A stretch of DNA of 64,000 nucleotides. Source: Candidatus Borkfalkia stercoripullorum (lineage in GTDB: Bacteria > Bacillota > Clostridia > Christensenellales > Borkfalkiaceae). The notes under the pieces are model-generated. The model had not been told where the DNA came from, made no database searches, and worked only from the letters and a program-made list of their open reading frames with translations. Positions within the stretch are counted from its first letter, which is position 1, and every line of letters starts with the position of its first letter. The stretch lies in contig DWXC01000013.1 in assembly GCA_019119395.1 (NCBI GenBank), forward strand, positions 16,884 through 80,883, written 5' to 3'. Both the position numbers and the translations under genes were made by a program. Of this stretch, positions 10,242 to 20,177 are shown one piece after another.

Positions 10242-11078
10242 ATGCAGAGAAAAAAGATAAAAATGCAGTTTTCGGACGTCATGTTCCGCATCCTCGCGGT
10301 GTTCATGACCCTGCTCATCCTGTTTCCGTTCGCCTGGCTCATTTTGTCGTCCCTGAAAACGAACGCGGAATACTATGTGCAGCCCTCGCCGTTTTTCCCT
10401 TCCGACCCGCAGTGGGACAGGTATGCGTATGTGTTTATCGACCTGTCCTTTTACAGGTATCTCGTCAACAGCATATTTTTGGCGGCCGCGTGCGTCGTCC
10501 TGAACGTGGTGAGCAGTTCGTTCGTGGCTTACGGCATGGCGCGCTTCCGCTTCAAGGGCAAAGGGATCGTGTTCACCGTCATGCTGATGACGATGTTTTT
10601 GCCCGCGCAGGTGTCCTTCATACCGCAGTTTCTCATCTTCGACCGGCTGGAGTGGATCAACACCTATCTGCCGATCATCGTGCCGCAGCTTTTCGGCGCG
10701 GCGGCGAATATCCTTCTCGTCTCCCAGTTCATGAAGGCGATCCCGAAGGAAATGGACGAGGCCGCCATGATGGACGGGTGCAACAGTTTTGCCATATGGT
10801 TCCGCATCATACTGCCGCAGTCGGTCGCGGTGCTCATCGTCGTCGCGATCTCGGCGTTTTTGGGAAGCTGGAAGGACAGCATGAGCCCGCTCATCTACTT
10901 GCGCGACGAAGAGTTATACACCGTGCCCGTGTCGCTGATGTACTTTCAGGCGCCCGATCAGAACAGTTATCTCTTATTGCTTACGGGCGTCGTGATCTCG
11001 ATCGTTCCCACGCTCGTCGTGTATGTCTGCCTGCAAAAATGGATGGATAAGGGCATCTTCATTGCCGATCTCAAATAA
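10242..11078 (+). CDS. Carbohydrate ABC transporter permease
   Basis: IPKEMDEAAMMDGC EAA motif; AYGMARFRFKGK. Confidence 0.9.
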   Translation: MQRKKIKMQFSDVMFRILAVFMTLLILFPFAWLILSSLKTNAEYYVQPSPFFPSDPQWDRYAYVFIDLSFYRYLVNSIFLAAACVVLNVVSSSFVAYGMARFRFKGKGIVFTVMLMTMFLPAQVSFIPQFLIFDRLEWINTYLPIIVPQLFGAAANILLVSQFMKAIPKEMDEAAMMDGCNSFAIWFRIILPQSVAVLIVVAISAFLGSWKDSMSPLIYLRDEELYTVPVSLMYFQAPDQNSYLLLLTGVVISIVPTLVVYVCLQKWMDKGIFIADLK

Positions 11079-11098
11079 AAAGCCATAAGGAGGAAAAA

Positions 11099-13534
11099 AT
11101 GAAAAAGATTGTAAGTGTGCTGTGTTGTTTCGCGCTGCTGTTCGGCTTTGCCGCGTGCGATTCCTCGCCCGCGCAGGGGCATACGGAATACGACGCCGAT
11201 ACCGACGGCAAGATCGCCGAGGAGATCCTCTCGGCGGAAAAGAACAAAGTGATCTTTCCGAACGGTGAGGACGAGTCGTTCCGCATCCGTTCCGTCAAGG
11301 AGAGCGAAGATTCCGTTCGGACGGCGAATAAAAAGTTCGAACTCGACATCGCCGCCGACGTGACCGGCAACGTATACGACCCCGAAGAGGTGGACGTTTA
11401 CGGGCAGTTCGTATCCCCTTCGGGCGAACTGTACACCATGCCGGCGTTCTGGTTCTCCGATTACGAGCGCTCTTTCGACCCGCTCGACGAAAGCGCGGAA
11501 TACCCGATGAACGGGTATGTGGAACAGGGCGACGTGCGCATCGTCGGCGTCATCGACGAGGTAAACGGCGTCAAAAAGCCCGTCGCCAAGGCGAAGTTCG
11601 ACTCCGCGTCCGGCTCGTACAGCAACGCGGGGGCGATCCTCAACGTGGGCGACGTTTCCCGCCTGCACGACGGCGTTTCGGTATGGCTCCGCAAGGACGC
11701 GTCCCTTGAAGCCGAAACCCTTTACCTCGGCTTTTATCAGAGCGCGGGCGAGGCGTACATCGAACTCCCCGAACTGACCGAGGAGTGGAAGGAATACACC
11801 TTCGCGTGGGAAGATTTTACGGCAAACAATACGGACGGGTCTTCGGAACTTCTTTCCCTCGGTACGATGTACAGCGGCTATGTGCAGACGCGCGGCGCGG
11901 CGGTATCGGGCAACGTATATATTTCCGACCTGCGCGCGGTGCGCGTCGGGTTTGAAAACTCCGTCGTGCTTTCCGACTTTGTCAGCAGCGAACTCGCCAA
12001 TTACAAGGCGGGAGAACTGAACGGCACGGAGGTCATGACCCCGCTGAACGAAAGTTGGTTCAAACTGCGCTTCCGATTCGACGAGACGGGCGAATGGACG
12101 TACAGGATCGTCGCGGAAAAGGAAGGGGAGGTCAAGGCGGAATATGTTTCGTCCGTCACGGCGGAAGCCAACCCGAACGAGGAAGAGAACAGGGGACTCA
12201 TCCGCGTCGAACCGACCCAAAAGCGCAACTTTATATTCGAAGACGGCACGCCCTACGTGCCGATCGGGCAAAACGTCGCCTATACCGTAGACCCGCAGAG
12301 GGGTTCGTACGATTACGAGGTGTATTTCCCGAAAATGGCGGCAGCCGGCATGAATTTCTGCCGCGTATGGCTGACTTACATCGGTTACGGCGTGCAGAGC
12401 ACGGAGGGCGGCATCCTCGATTTCGATTACCGTCAGGACAAGGCATACGCCTTCGACTGCATCATAGAGCTGGCGGCGCAGTACGGGCTGTATCTGCAGA
12501 TCCCGCTCATGACCTTCTCGCGTTTCCATGAAGAGAGCGCGACGGACGACGTGGAACACAGGAGCTGGGATTCGAGCCCCTTCAACGTCAACAACGGCGG
12601 CTATCTCGAAAAGCCCGAAGAGTTCTGGTCTGACGCCCGCGCCCGCGAAGACACGAAAAAGCTGTACCGCTATTATGTGGCGCGCTGGGGATATTCGCGC
12701 AACATCCTCAACTGGGAGATCATGAACGAGATCGGGGAATCGAGCAGTTACGACCAGCAGAGGGCAAAGGCCTGGGCGGAAGACATCGGCGGCTACATGC
12801 ACTCCGTCGACCCGTACGACCATCTCGTTTCTTTAAGCTCCAAAGATTTTTACGACGAAGTGTATTCGGCATCTTCTCTCGATTTTGTCAGTATCCACAG
12901 TTATGTATGGGGTTCGGCGTACCCGTCCAGTTCGGCGGACATCACCTCGGGCGTGCGCGACTATTTCGGCAAGCCCGTCATGATCGGCGAGATCGGCGCG
13001 AGCGGCAATTCTGCGGAAGAGGACGCGCTCATCGACCCCGACGGCTATGTGATGCGGCAAACGGCGTTCACCGCGCCCATGAGCGGCGCCGCGGGCGGCG
13101 CGATGCTCTGGTGGTGGCTGCATATCAACGACGACGATCTGTACGGCAATGTAACGCCTGCGGCGAATTACTTCTCGCTCCTTCCCGACGATTTCGTGAC
13201 CATGGACAGCATGGAAGGGCAGGATTACGTGATCACGGCGCAGAACGCGGCGATCGCCAATCAGATCCGCGCGCTCGGATTTGTTTCGGGCGATGCCGTG
13301 TACGCCTATCTCTATGACATCCGTTACAGTTACGCCCAGCCCGATCCCGGCGAACTCGCAGGCGTTTCGGCGGCGTTCAACGGGCTTTCGGACGGCAGTT
13401 ATACGGTGCGCGTGTTCGACACCCGCACGGGCGAAGTGATCTCGACGAATACCGCGTCCGCTTCGGGCGGAACGCTGACCGTCGCGCTCGCGGCATGGCA
13501 CGGCGACGTGGCGCTTCTCATCGAAAAGGCATAA
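11099..13534 (+). CDS. Secreted lipoprotein glycoside hydrolase (DUF5060-like N-terminus plus clan-A/GH5-like TIM barrel)
   Basis: Lipobox FAAC; FEDGTPYVPIGQN, MNFCRVW, WEIMNE (acid/base), IHSY, KPVMIGEIG (nucleophile). Confidence 0.75.
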   Translation: MKKIVSVLCCFALLFGFAACDSSPAQGHTEYDADTDGKIAEEILSAEKNKVIFPNGEDESFRIRSVKESEDSVRTANKKFELDIAADVTGNVYDPEEVDVYGQFVSPSGELYTMPAFWFSDYERSFDPLDESAEYPMNGYVEQGDVRIVGVIDEVNGVKKPVAKAKFDSASGSYSNAGAILNVGDVSRLHDGVSVWLRKDASLEAETLYLGFYQSAGEAYIELPELTEEWKEYTFAWEDFTANNTDGSSELLSLGTMYSGYVQTRGAAVSGNVYISDLRAVRVGFENSVVLSDFVSSELANYKAGELNGTEVMTPLNESWFKLRFRFDETGEWTYRIVAEKEGEVKAEYVSSVTAEANPNEEENRGLIRVEPTQKRNFIFEDGTPYVPIGQNVAYTVDPQRGSYDYEVYFPKMAAAGMNFCRVWLTYIGYGVQSTEGGILDFDYRQDKAYAFDCIIELAAQYGLYLQIPLMTFSRFHEESATDDVEHRSWDSSPFNVNNGGYLEKPEEFWSDARAREDTKKLYRYYVARWGYSRNILNWEIMNEIGESSSYDQQRAKAWAEDIGGYMHSVDPYDHLVSLSSKDFYDEVYSASSLDFVSIHSYVWGSAYPSSSADITSGVRDYFGKPVMIGEIGASGNSAEEDALIDPDGYVMRQTAFTAPMSGAAGGAMLWWWLHINDDDLYGNVTPAANYFSLLPDDFVTMDSMEGQDYVITAQNAAIANQIRALGFVSGDAVYAYLYDIRYSYAQPDPGELAGVSAAFNGLSDGSYTVRVFDTRTGEVISTNTASASGGTLTVALAAWHGDVALLIEKA

Positions 13535-13545
13535 GGAGGGAAAAG

Positions 13546-15888
13546 ATGAAAAAGAGGTTGTTCGGCCTGATATTGGCCTTTATGCTCCTGTTTGCGTTCG
13601 CGGGATGCGAACAGGAAGTGCCCGAGGGAGAGATCCCCGAAGGATCGTTCACGATCGTATCGCCGTCCGACGGCGATACGGATGTACAGATCTATCCGAC
13701 GATCGGCTGGACTGCGGAAGCGAACGCGGACTTGTACCGCGTCGAGATCGCCTCGGACGCGGCGTTCGAAAACACGATCGCGGAGGAGACGGCGGAAGGG
13801 CTGTCTTACACCCTTTCCGACCCGCTCGACCACGCGGCGAAGTATTATCTGCGCGTGATCGCGCTGTCCGAGGAAGAGGGGAAGACGTACGCGCTTTCCT
13901 ATAAGCAGATCTCCTTCACGACGACCGCGGAGCATTCCACGGATGCGCCCGATTATACGCAATCGAGGACGATCTACGATTTCGAAGAGTATACCGACAC
14001 GGCGGCGCTGCGCGAGCGGTTTACCCTGCACACGGCGGGCGACGCGCTCAACATCGAATTGCTTGAGACGGGCGGCAACGCGGGCAGCAAAGGCATGTCG
14101 CTCTCGTACACGCCCGGCGTGAACGGCTGGGCGGGCGCGCTTTCCTCCCTGCCTGCGGACAAAAAAGTCTGGAGCGGCGCAAAGGGAATCCGCTTCTGGA
14201 TCGATACGGACGGGTCGGGCGACACCTTCGAGATCCGTTTCGGCAAGCGCGGCTTCCAGTCCTGGAGCGCGACGTTCGCGATGAACAATCCGGACGGGAT
14301 GTACGTTTCCGTTCCCTTCTCCGCGTTCGAGGATGCGGGCGGCGGCGACGGGATTTTAGACCTTTCGGGCATCACGCGCCTGTGGTTCTTCGTGCAGGGT
14401 TCGCGCCCCGCGCAGATCGTTATCGACGACGTCACCATCGGTTCGGACGAAAATTACACGACGGACACCCGTTCCGCCGCGGAAGAGGCGAACAAGGCGC
14501 AGCTCGGCACGGTGGACGACTTCGAAAGCTATACCGACGTTTCCGCGGTGGACGGCAAATGGACGTTCGAGTCGATCGGCGAAAAGTCGCTCTTGCAGAG
14601 CGGCGCGTTCGGCGGAACGCAGAGCCTTTCGCTCACGCCGTCCGCGGCGTGGTCTACCATGGGCATCTCCATGGCGTATACCGACTTTTCCGACGTAAAT
14701 TCGATCACCTTCAAGGCGAGCGCGGGCGTGTACGTCGTGCAGCTTGCCAGCGGCTGGAACGTCATCGAAAAGGAGATCGCCGCCGCATACGACGGGCAGA
14801 CGATCGGCGTCAATATTTCAGAACTTTTGCCGCAGACCTCGTCCATGACGGTGGACATCGGCCAGATCGACCTGTTCCGCATCGGCATCAAGGATAAGAG
14901 CGGGACGGCGGTCACGATCGACGACGTCGCCTATTCGTCCGAAACTTTCGTGCCCGAAGACAACAAGGCGGGGCTTTTGGAAGATTTCGAAACGGACGGC
15001 CTCAACGCTTTCAACACGAAGTGGGCGGCAACGGGAACGGTCGCGCCGAGCCTTGTCGAAAAGAACGGTTCGAAGGCGATCAGCCTTGCCGCAAACGGCG
15101 CGTTCGGCCTGGAGGCGACGGGCTATAACCTCGCCGCGCTCGATTTTTCGGATACGGTCGGCGTGAAAATGGACATCACCATGAACCAGTCGGGCAAGGT
15201 GCTCATCCAGATCGGTTCGTACGGGAACGTGTATACTTACGAAAAGGAGTTCTACGGGCCTGCGAACAACATCGATTGCCTCGTCTGCGATTTTGACGCG
15301 ATGACGCTGAAACAAGACGGAGTCAGTTCGGGCGATTTAAACAAAGACGCGATCAATTTCTTCCGCATAGACGTCACGACGTACGGCGAATACACGGTCA
15401 CCCTCGACAACATCGGATTCTACGGGGAAGATCACGATTACGCCGCCGTCACGGTGGACGATTTCGAATCGTATACGGGCGACGAAGACGTGCGGGCTGC
15501 CTGGAACAATACCGCGGTCGCGCTGACGGACGTGGACGGAAACAAAGCCATGACCCTGACGACGGTAAACGGCTGGAACGGGCTGCAATTCAATTTTGCG
15601 GGAACGGGAGACATCGGATCGGCAAACGATTATCAGAACTGTTTTGCCGTGCGCGTGAAGATCACGGCAGAGCAGCCCGCGGAACTTACAGTTAAACTTA
15701 CCCGCTGGGAGAACGGCATCGAAAAGAAGTACAACCTCGTTGCAGGCGAAAACGTCATCGTGGCGTATTTTACCGATCTTAAAGGAACGGCGCTGTCCGA
15801 TTATATACTCAACTCGCTGACGCTCGGGGTCACTTATTACGGCACGGCGGACTTCACCTTCGACGACGTGGAATTTTTGAGAGGATAA
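13546..15888 (+). CDS. Lipoprotein with an Fn3/Ig-like domain and about four galactose-binding-like (CBM11-like) modules
   Basis: Lipobox FAGC; repeated (I/V/L)xDFE(S/T/E)...xxDDVxF units; WSGAKGIRFWIDTDGSG is CBM11-like. Confidence 0.65.
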   Translation: MKKRLFGLILAFMLLFAFAGCEQEVPEGEIPEGSFTIVSPSDGDTDVQIYPTIGWTAEANADLYRVEIASDAAFENTIAEETAEGLSYTLSDPLDHAAKYYLRVIALSEEEGKTYALSYKQISFTTTAEHSTDAPDYTQSRTIYDFEEYTDTAALRERFTLHTAGDALNIELLETGGNAGSKGMSLSYTPGVNGWAGALSSLPADKKVWSGAKGIRFWIDTDGSGDTFEIRFGKRGFQSWSATFAMNNPDGMYVSVPFSAFEDAGGGDGILDLSGITRLWFFVQGSRPAQIVIDDVTIGSDENYTTDTRSAAEEANKAQLGTVDDFESYTDVSAVDGKWTFESIGEKSLLQSGAFGGTQSLSLTPSAAWSTMGISMAYTDFSDVNSITFKASAGVYVVQLASGWNVIEKEIAAAYDGQTIGVNISELLPQTSSMTVDIGQIDLFRIGIKDKSGTAVTIDDVAYSSETFVPEDNKAGLLEDFETDGLNAFNTKWAATGTVAPSLVEKNGSKAISLAANGAFGLEATGYNLAALDFSDTVGVKMDITMNQSGKVLIQIGSYGNVYTYEKEFYGPANNIDCLVCDFDAMTLKQDGVSSGDLNKDAINFFRIDVTTYGEYTVTLDNIGFYGEDHDYAAVTVDDFESYTGDEDVRAAWNNTAVALTDVDGNKAMTLTTVNGWNGLQFNFAGTGDIGSANDYQNCFAVRVKITAEQPAELTVKLTRWENGIEKKYNLVAGENVIVAYFTDLKGTALSDYILNSLTLGVTYYGTADFTFDDVEFLRG

Positions 15889-15889
15889 G

Positions 15890-16573
15890 ATGTATAAAAA
15901 ACTTGCGAGCGGGCTGATCGTTTCCTGCCAGGCGGCGGAAGGGGAAGTTTTTCACGGGCTCGGGCTCATGCGTTACATGGCAAAAGCGGCAAAGGCGGGC
16001 GGCGCGGCGGGCATCCGCGCCCTCGCCGACGAGATCCCTTCCATCCGCGAGGAGACAGACCTGCCCGTGATAGGGCTTGTCAAAAAGAAATACGAAGGGA
16101 GCGAAGTCTACATCACGCCCACGCGGCGGGAAGCGGACGTCCTGCTCGAAACGGGGTGCGACGTCATCGCGATCGACGCGACGGCGCGCCCCCGCCCGCA
16201 AGGGGAAACGACGGAATCGCTCTTTTCCTACATAAAAAAGGCCGCGCCCGGCATCGCCGTCATGGCGGACTGCGACACGCTCGAAAGCGCGCTCGTCGCC
16301 GATAAGATCGGGTTCGATTACGCCGGCACGACCATGCGCGGATACACGCGCGAAACGGCGGGCATCGGCATTCCCGATTACGCTTTCCTGAAAGAATTCT
16401 GCGGTGCGCTCCGCCATGCGAAGCCGATCGCTGAAGGGGGCATCTGGGAGGCCGGGCAGCTTAAAAAGGTGCTGGAATGTAAGCCTTATGCGGTCGTGAT
16501 CGGTACGGCGATCACCCGTCCCGCGGACATAACGGCAAGATTTACGAAAATAATGGCGGAAATGAGAGGCTGA
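15890..16573 (+). CDS. nanE: N-acetylmannosamine-6-phosphate 2-epimerase
   Basis: LIVSCQA, GAAGIRA, LPVIGLVKK, VYITPT, IAIDATARPRP and VVIGTAITRP motifs. Confidence 0.92.
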   Translation: MYKKLASGLIVSCQAAEGEVFHGLGLMRYMAKAAKAGGAAGIRALADEIPSIREETDLPVIGLVKKKYEGSEVYITPTRREADVLLETGCDVIAIDATARPRPQGETTESLFSYIKKAAPGIAVMADCDTLESALVADKIGFDYAGTTMRGYTRETAGIGIPDYAFLKEFCGALRHAKPIAEGGIWEAGQLKKVLECKPYAVVIGTAITRPADITARFTKIMAEMRG

Positions 16574-16574
16574 T

Positions 16575-18092
16575 ATGCAAAGACGAAAAAAAATACTCAT
16601 GCTCCCTCTGGACGAGCGGCCGTGCAACTATCTTTACCCCAAAATGCTTTTCGAGGGCAATCCCGATTACGAACTTTTGATGCCCCCGCGCGAAAAGCTG
16701 GGCGTCAAAAAGAGGGCGGCGCGCTTCGAAGATATCCGCGCGTTCCTTTTGGAAAACGCGAAAGGGGCTGACATCGCCGTGCTGAGCATCGATATGCTGC
16801 TGTACGGCGGGCTTCTGCCCGGGCGGATCCATACGCACAAAAAGGAAGAACTGCTCGGGCGGCTGGAGCTGCTCAAAGAGATCAAAAAAGAAAATCCCGC
16901 GCTGAAAATTTACGCGTTTCATCTCATCATGCGCTGCCCGCAGTATTCGTCTTCCGAAGAAGAACCGGATTATTACGGAAGCTGCGGAAGGGAGATCTAT
17001 CTCTACGGTGAGGCGGTCTGCAAACAGCGTCTCGGGCTTCCCGACGGGGGCAATGCGGACAGATACCGCGCCGTCGTCGGCCCGTATCTGTCCGATTACC
17101 TCGTCCGCCGCAAGGTGAATGCGGAAATGAACTGTGCCGTCGTCGACCTCATCGGTGCGTGCATAGATTTCCTCGTCATCCCGCAGGACGACAGTTCCGT
17201 TTACGGCTTCGTCGCGGAAGATCAGCAGGCGGTGCGCGACCACATCGCAAAGCGGGGAAAGCAGGAAAAAGTGCTCATCTATCCCGGAGCGGACGAAGTG
17301 GGTATGACCCTTTTGGCGCGCGCCGTGAACGAAGACCGCGGAGACGTGCCCCGCATTTCGGTATTTTACAGTTCGGTAAAAGCGCCGTTCATCGTTCCGA
17401 AATATGAGGACAGGATGTTGGGCGAATCGGTCAAATTGCAGATCGCGGCGGCGGGGTGCAGGAGCAACCGGGCTTTTTGCGAGGACGATATCCTGCTTGC
17501 CGTCAATGCGCCCGCGGGCAGGATGCGCGAAGCGGACGAGCAGTTCCGCCTGCGCCCCGACGGCGATTATTCGGTAGGGCGGAGCGTGCTTTTGTTCGCG
17601 CAGGAAGTGGCCGATCTCGCCTCCCGCGGCAAAACGGTCGCCGTCGCGGACGTAGCCTACGGCAACGGCAGCGACGCGGAACTCGTCACCCTGCTCGACA
17701 GGGCGGGCGTTTCCATGCGCGTGGCTTCGTACAGCGGCTGGAATACTTCGGGCAACAGTTTGGGAACGGCGATCTCCGCGGGCGTTTTGCGGCGGATCTT
17801 CGGCGATCTGCCCGCGCTGACCGATTTTCTCGCCCTGCGCTATTTTGAAGACGCGGGCTTCTGCGCATGGGCGCGCCGCGCCGTCATGGACCGGCTGTGC
17901 GAGTCGAATACCGACTACCGCGACCTGGGGAGCAGGGAACGGGAAGTTTCCGCAGACGTGGTGCGTGAAGTCGATGCGTTTATGCGGGAAAAGATGAAAC
18001 GGGTGGCCGCCGATTACGAGATCGTATCCTGCCGCATGCCGTGGAACCGTATGTTCGAAACGGAGATGATCGTCCATGCGAAAAGAGGATAA
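16575..18092 (+). CDS. DUF4127 family protein
   Basis: PLDERPCNY, SIDMLLYGGL, IPQDDS, IYPGADEVG and YSGWNTSGNSLGT motifs. Confidence 0.8.
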   Translation: MQRRKKILMLPLDERPCNYLYPKMLFEGNPDYELLMPPREKLGVKKRAARFEDIRAFLLENAKGADIAVLSIDMLLYGGLLPGRIHTHKKEELLGRLELLKEIKKENPALKIYAFHLIMRCPQYSSSEEEPDYYGSCGREIYLYGEAVCKQRLGLPDGGNADRYRAVVGPYLSDYLVRRKVNAEMNCAVVDLIGACIDFLVIPQDDSSVYGFVAEDQQAVRDHIAKRGKQEKVLIYPGADEVGMTLLARAVNEDRGDVPRISVFYSSVKAPFIVPKYEDRMLGESVKLQIAAAGCRSNRAFCEDDILLAVNAPAGRMREADEQFRLRPDGDYSVGRSVLLFAQEVADLASRGKTVAVADVAYGNGSDAELVTLLDRAGVSMRVASYSGWNTSGNSLGTAISAGVLRRIFGDLPALTDFLALRYFEDAGFCAWARRAVMDRLCESNTDYRDLGSREREVSADVVREVDAFMREKMKRVAADYEIVSCRMPWNRMFETEMIVHAKRG

Positions 18093-18945
18093 AATTCTCT
18101 GTCTGGATCTCGGCGGCACGAAACTGCGCGCGGGCATCGTGTCCGGCGGCGTGCTTTCGTGCAAAAAAGTGTTTTCCACCTGCACGTCGCGCGGCAGGGA
18201 AGGGATCGAGCAAACGCTCCTTGCGGGGCTGTCCGCTTATGAGAGTGAAAGTTTTTCGGGCGTCGCCGCGGCGAGCGCGGGAAACATCGACCCGGAAAGC
18301 GGCGCCGTGATCTATGCGACGGATAACCTGCCCGGCTATACCGGGTTTCGGCTTGCGGACTTTTTGAGCGAAAAAACGGAGCTCCCGTGCGCCTGCGTCA
18401 ACGACGGCTGCGCGGCGGCGCTCGGCGAATACGCGCTTTCCGGAAGAAAAGATGAAATCATGCTCTTCCTCACCCTGGGCACGGGCGTGGGCGGTGCTTT
18501 CGTAAAAGACGGAGAAATTTTGCTCGGATTCGACGGCATGCTGGGGCATATGCAGCTCGTGCGCGGAGGGAAAAAGTGCAACTGCGGCAGGGAAGGCTGC
18601 GCCGAACGCTATGCGAGCGGCAGCGCTTTCCGCTCGCTCCTTCGTGAAAAAGGCGTGCCGTACGGCACGCCCGAAGAGATCTGGGCGGCGTACGCGCGCG
18701 GGGAGAGATCTGTTTGCGAATGCGTGAACGCGTGGGCACAAAACGTCCGCGCCGCTTTGGAAATGTATTATGCGGCCGTGCCGTTCGGCAGGGCGGTTCT
18801 GGGCGGCGGCATGTCCGAATCGGGCGCGTATTGGATAGACCTCGTCCGCTCGGATAAATTTGCCGTCGGGCTTGCCCGCGCGGGCGACGACGCGGGGCTG
18901 TTGGGCGCTTACGAATACTTCCGAAAGAGGTATGCGGACAGATAA
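18076..18945 (+). CDS. ROK family sugar kinase (ManNAc/GlcNAc kinase-like)
   Basis: LDLGGTK, NDGCAAALGE, LTLGTGVGG, GHM...CNCGREGCAERYASG. Confidence 0.88.
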   Translation: MRKEDKILCLDLGGTKLRAGIVSGGVLSCKKVFSTCTSRGREGIEQTLLAGLSAYESESFSGVAAASAGNIDPESGAVIYATDNLPGYTGFRLADFLSEKTELPCACVNDGCAAALGEYALSGRKDEIMLFLTLGTGVGGAFVKDGEILLGFDGMLGHMQLVRGGKKCNCGREGCAERYASGSAFRSLLREKGVPYGTPEEIWAAYARGERSVCECVNAWAQNVRAALEMYYAAVPFGRAVLGGGMSESGAYWIDLVRSDKFAVGLARAGDDAGLLGAYEYFRKRYADR

Positions 18946-19035
18946 ACGGTATAGTTTCGGCGCATTCGCCGTGTATCGCAAAAAGAAAAAACGAGAGGGG
19001 AGCGTTTGGTTTTGCTCACCCTCTCGTTTCGCGGT

Positions 19036-19554
19036 TCAGCTGTTTTTGAGTGCGACGTTGACCTGCGAGTAGTCATATCCGACGCTTTTGAGAAGGATAT
19101 GCAGCACGACGTGCAGGAGCGTTGCCGTGTCGTAATGACATTCGACGAATAAATTCCGCGAAATTTCCGCGGGGCTGCGCATGGTGTCGGGCACGGCGTC
19201 GACAAAGACCCTGTTTCTTCCGGAAGCCGTTCCCCGAAGAGCATACAATTTCGCCTTTCGGTCGGGATCGTTGATGCAGTCTTTCAGCAATTCGACGGCG
19301 ACTTGTTTCCACGTTCCCAAATTGACGCGCGGCCGCCCGGGCAGAAAAAGCCCCGTGGGTTTTTTGCCCTTGAAATCGTTGAGCGGCAAATTGATACTCA
19401 CGATGCTTTCAAAGCTGAACGGCTCGGGCGCGGAATGCGTTTCTTCCGCCATGGCTTCGGCAATGCCCCGATCCACGCGCGCCGAAATTTCGTTTACGAG
19501 CGCTTGCATTTTTGCGACATCCTCTTTGAGTTTCTGCATTTCCTGCAAAGTCAT
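19036..19554 (-). CDS. Hypothetical protein (N-terminal coiled coil plus putative DNA-binding C-terminal domain)
   Basis: 172-aa ORF from ATG 19554 after GGAG; natural-looking composition; lies downstream of tRNA-Tyr. Confidence 0.65.
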   Translation of the reverse strand: MTLQEMQKLKEDVAKMQALVNEISARVDRGIAEAMAEETHSAPEPFSFESIVSINLPLNDFKGKKPTGLFLPGRPRVNLGTWKQVAVELLKDCINDPDRKAKLYALRGTASGRNRVFVDAVPDTMRSPAEISRNLFVECHYDTATLLHVVLHILLKSVGYDYSQVNVALKNS

Positions 19555-20046
19555 TTTTTTCTCCTCCCGTATAGAATAAAGATTCGGCAAAACAACAATA
19601 GCACGTGTTACCGAATATTGTATATAACGATTTTGCCGTTTTGTCAAGGGATATTTTGTATTTTTCTTAAAATTTTCGGAAGGGCGGAGGAGCCGACGAA
19701 AAGAGACTGTCCCGGGAAAGGGTTTCCGAACAAAAACGACGGGGTCTTTATATGATTTTGAAAATGCCTGCGTTCGGTTTGCATCCGCATTCTGTATGAC
19801 GCGTCCGTTAAAAGATCCCCGATAAAACACCGAAATTGTGTATTGTTGGGGAGGGGCTGATCGTGTAAACGGGGCTGTTTTTTTCGGCAAAGCGGCGCGC
19901 TGCGGAGCAGGGGATGAGGTTTGGGCGCGAAGAGACCGTATCGAACCCGCGCGAACTGCCGCGCAGATCCGTGCGAACTGTCGGAACGGCATTTGCGAAA
20001 AATATTTAAACCAAAAAGCGACACTCGGAAGAGTGTCGCTTTTGGG

Positions 20047-20131
20047 TGGTGGGAAGAGGTAGATTCGAACTACCGAAGTCGTAGACGTCAGATTTACAGT
20101 CTGATCCATTTGGCCGCTCTGGAATCTTCCC
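20047..20131 (-). tRNA. tRNA-Tyr(GTA)
   Basis: Reverse complement GGGAAGATTCCAGAGCGGCCAAATGGATCAGACTGTAAATCTG...GGTAGTTCGAATCTACCTCTTCCCACCA, with long variable arm. Confidence 0.95.
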
Positions 20132-20177
20132 GTATTCAATTGATGCTCCGCCCGCGTACAGGCAGCGGTAAAACGAA

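Noticed and set aside
8011-12823. Long antisense ORFs (8011-9780, 10967-12823; likewise 2576-3904, 16542-18185, 25754-27565, 36637-38898)
   Set aside because: Shadow ORFs opposite well-supported genes, as expected from GC-rich codon bias; no motifs
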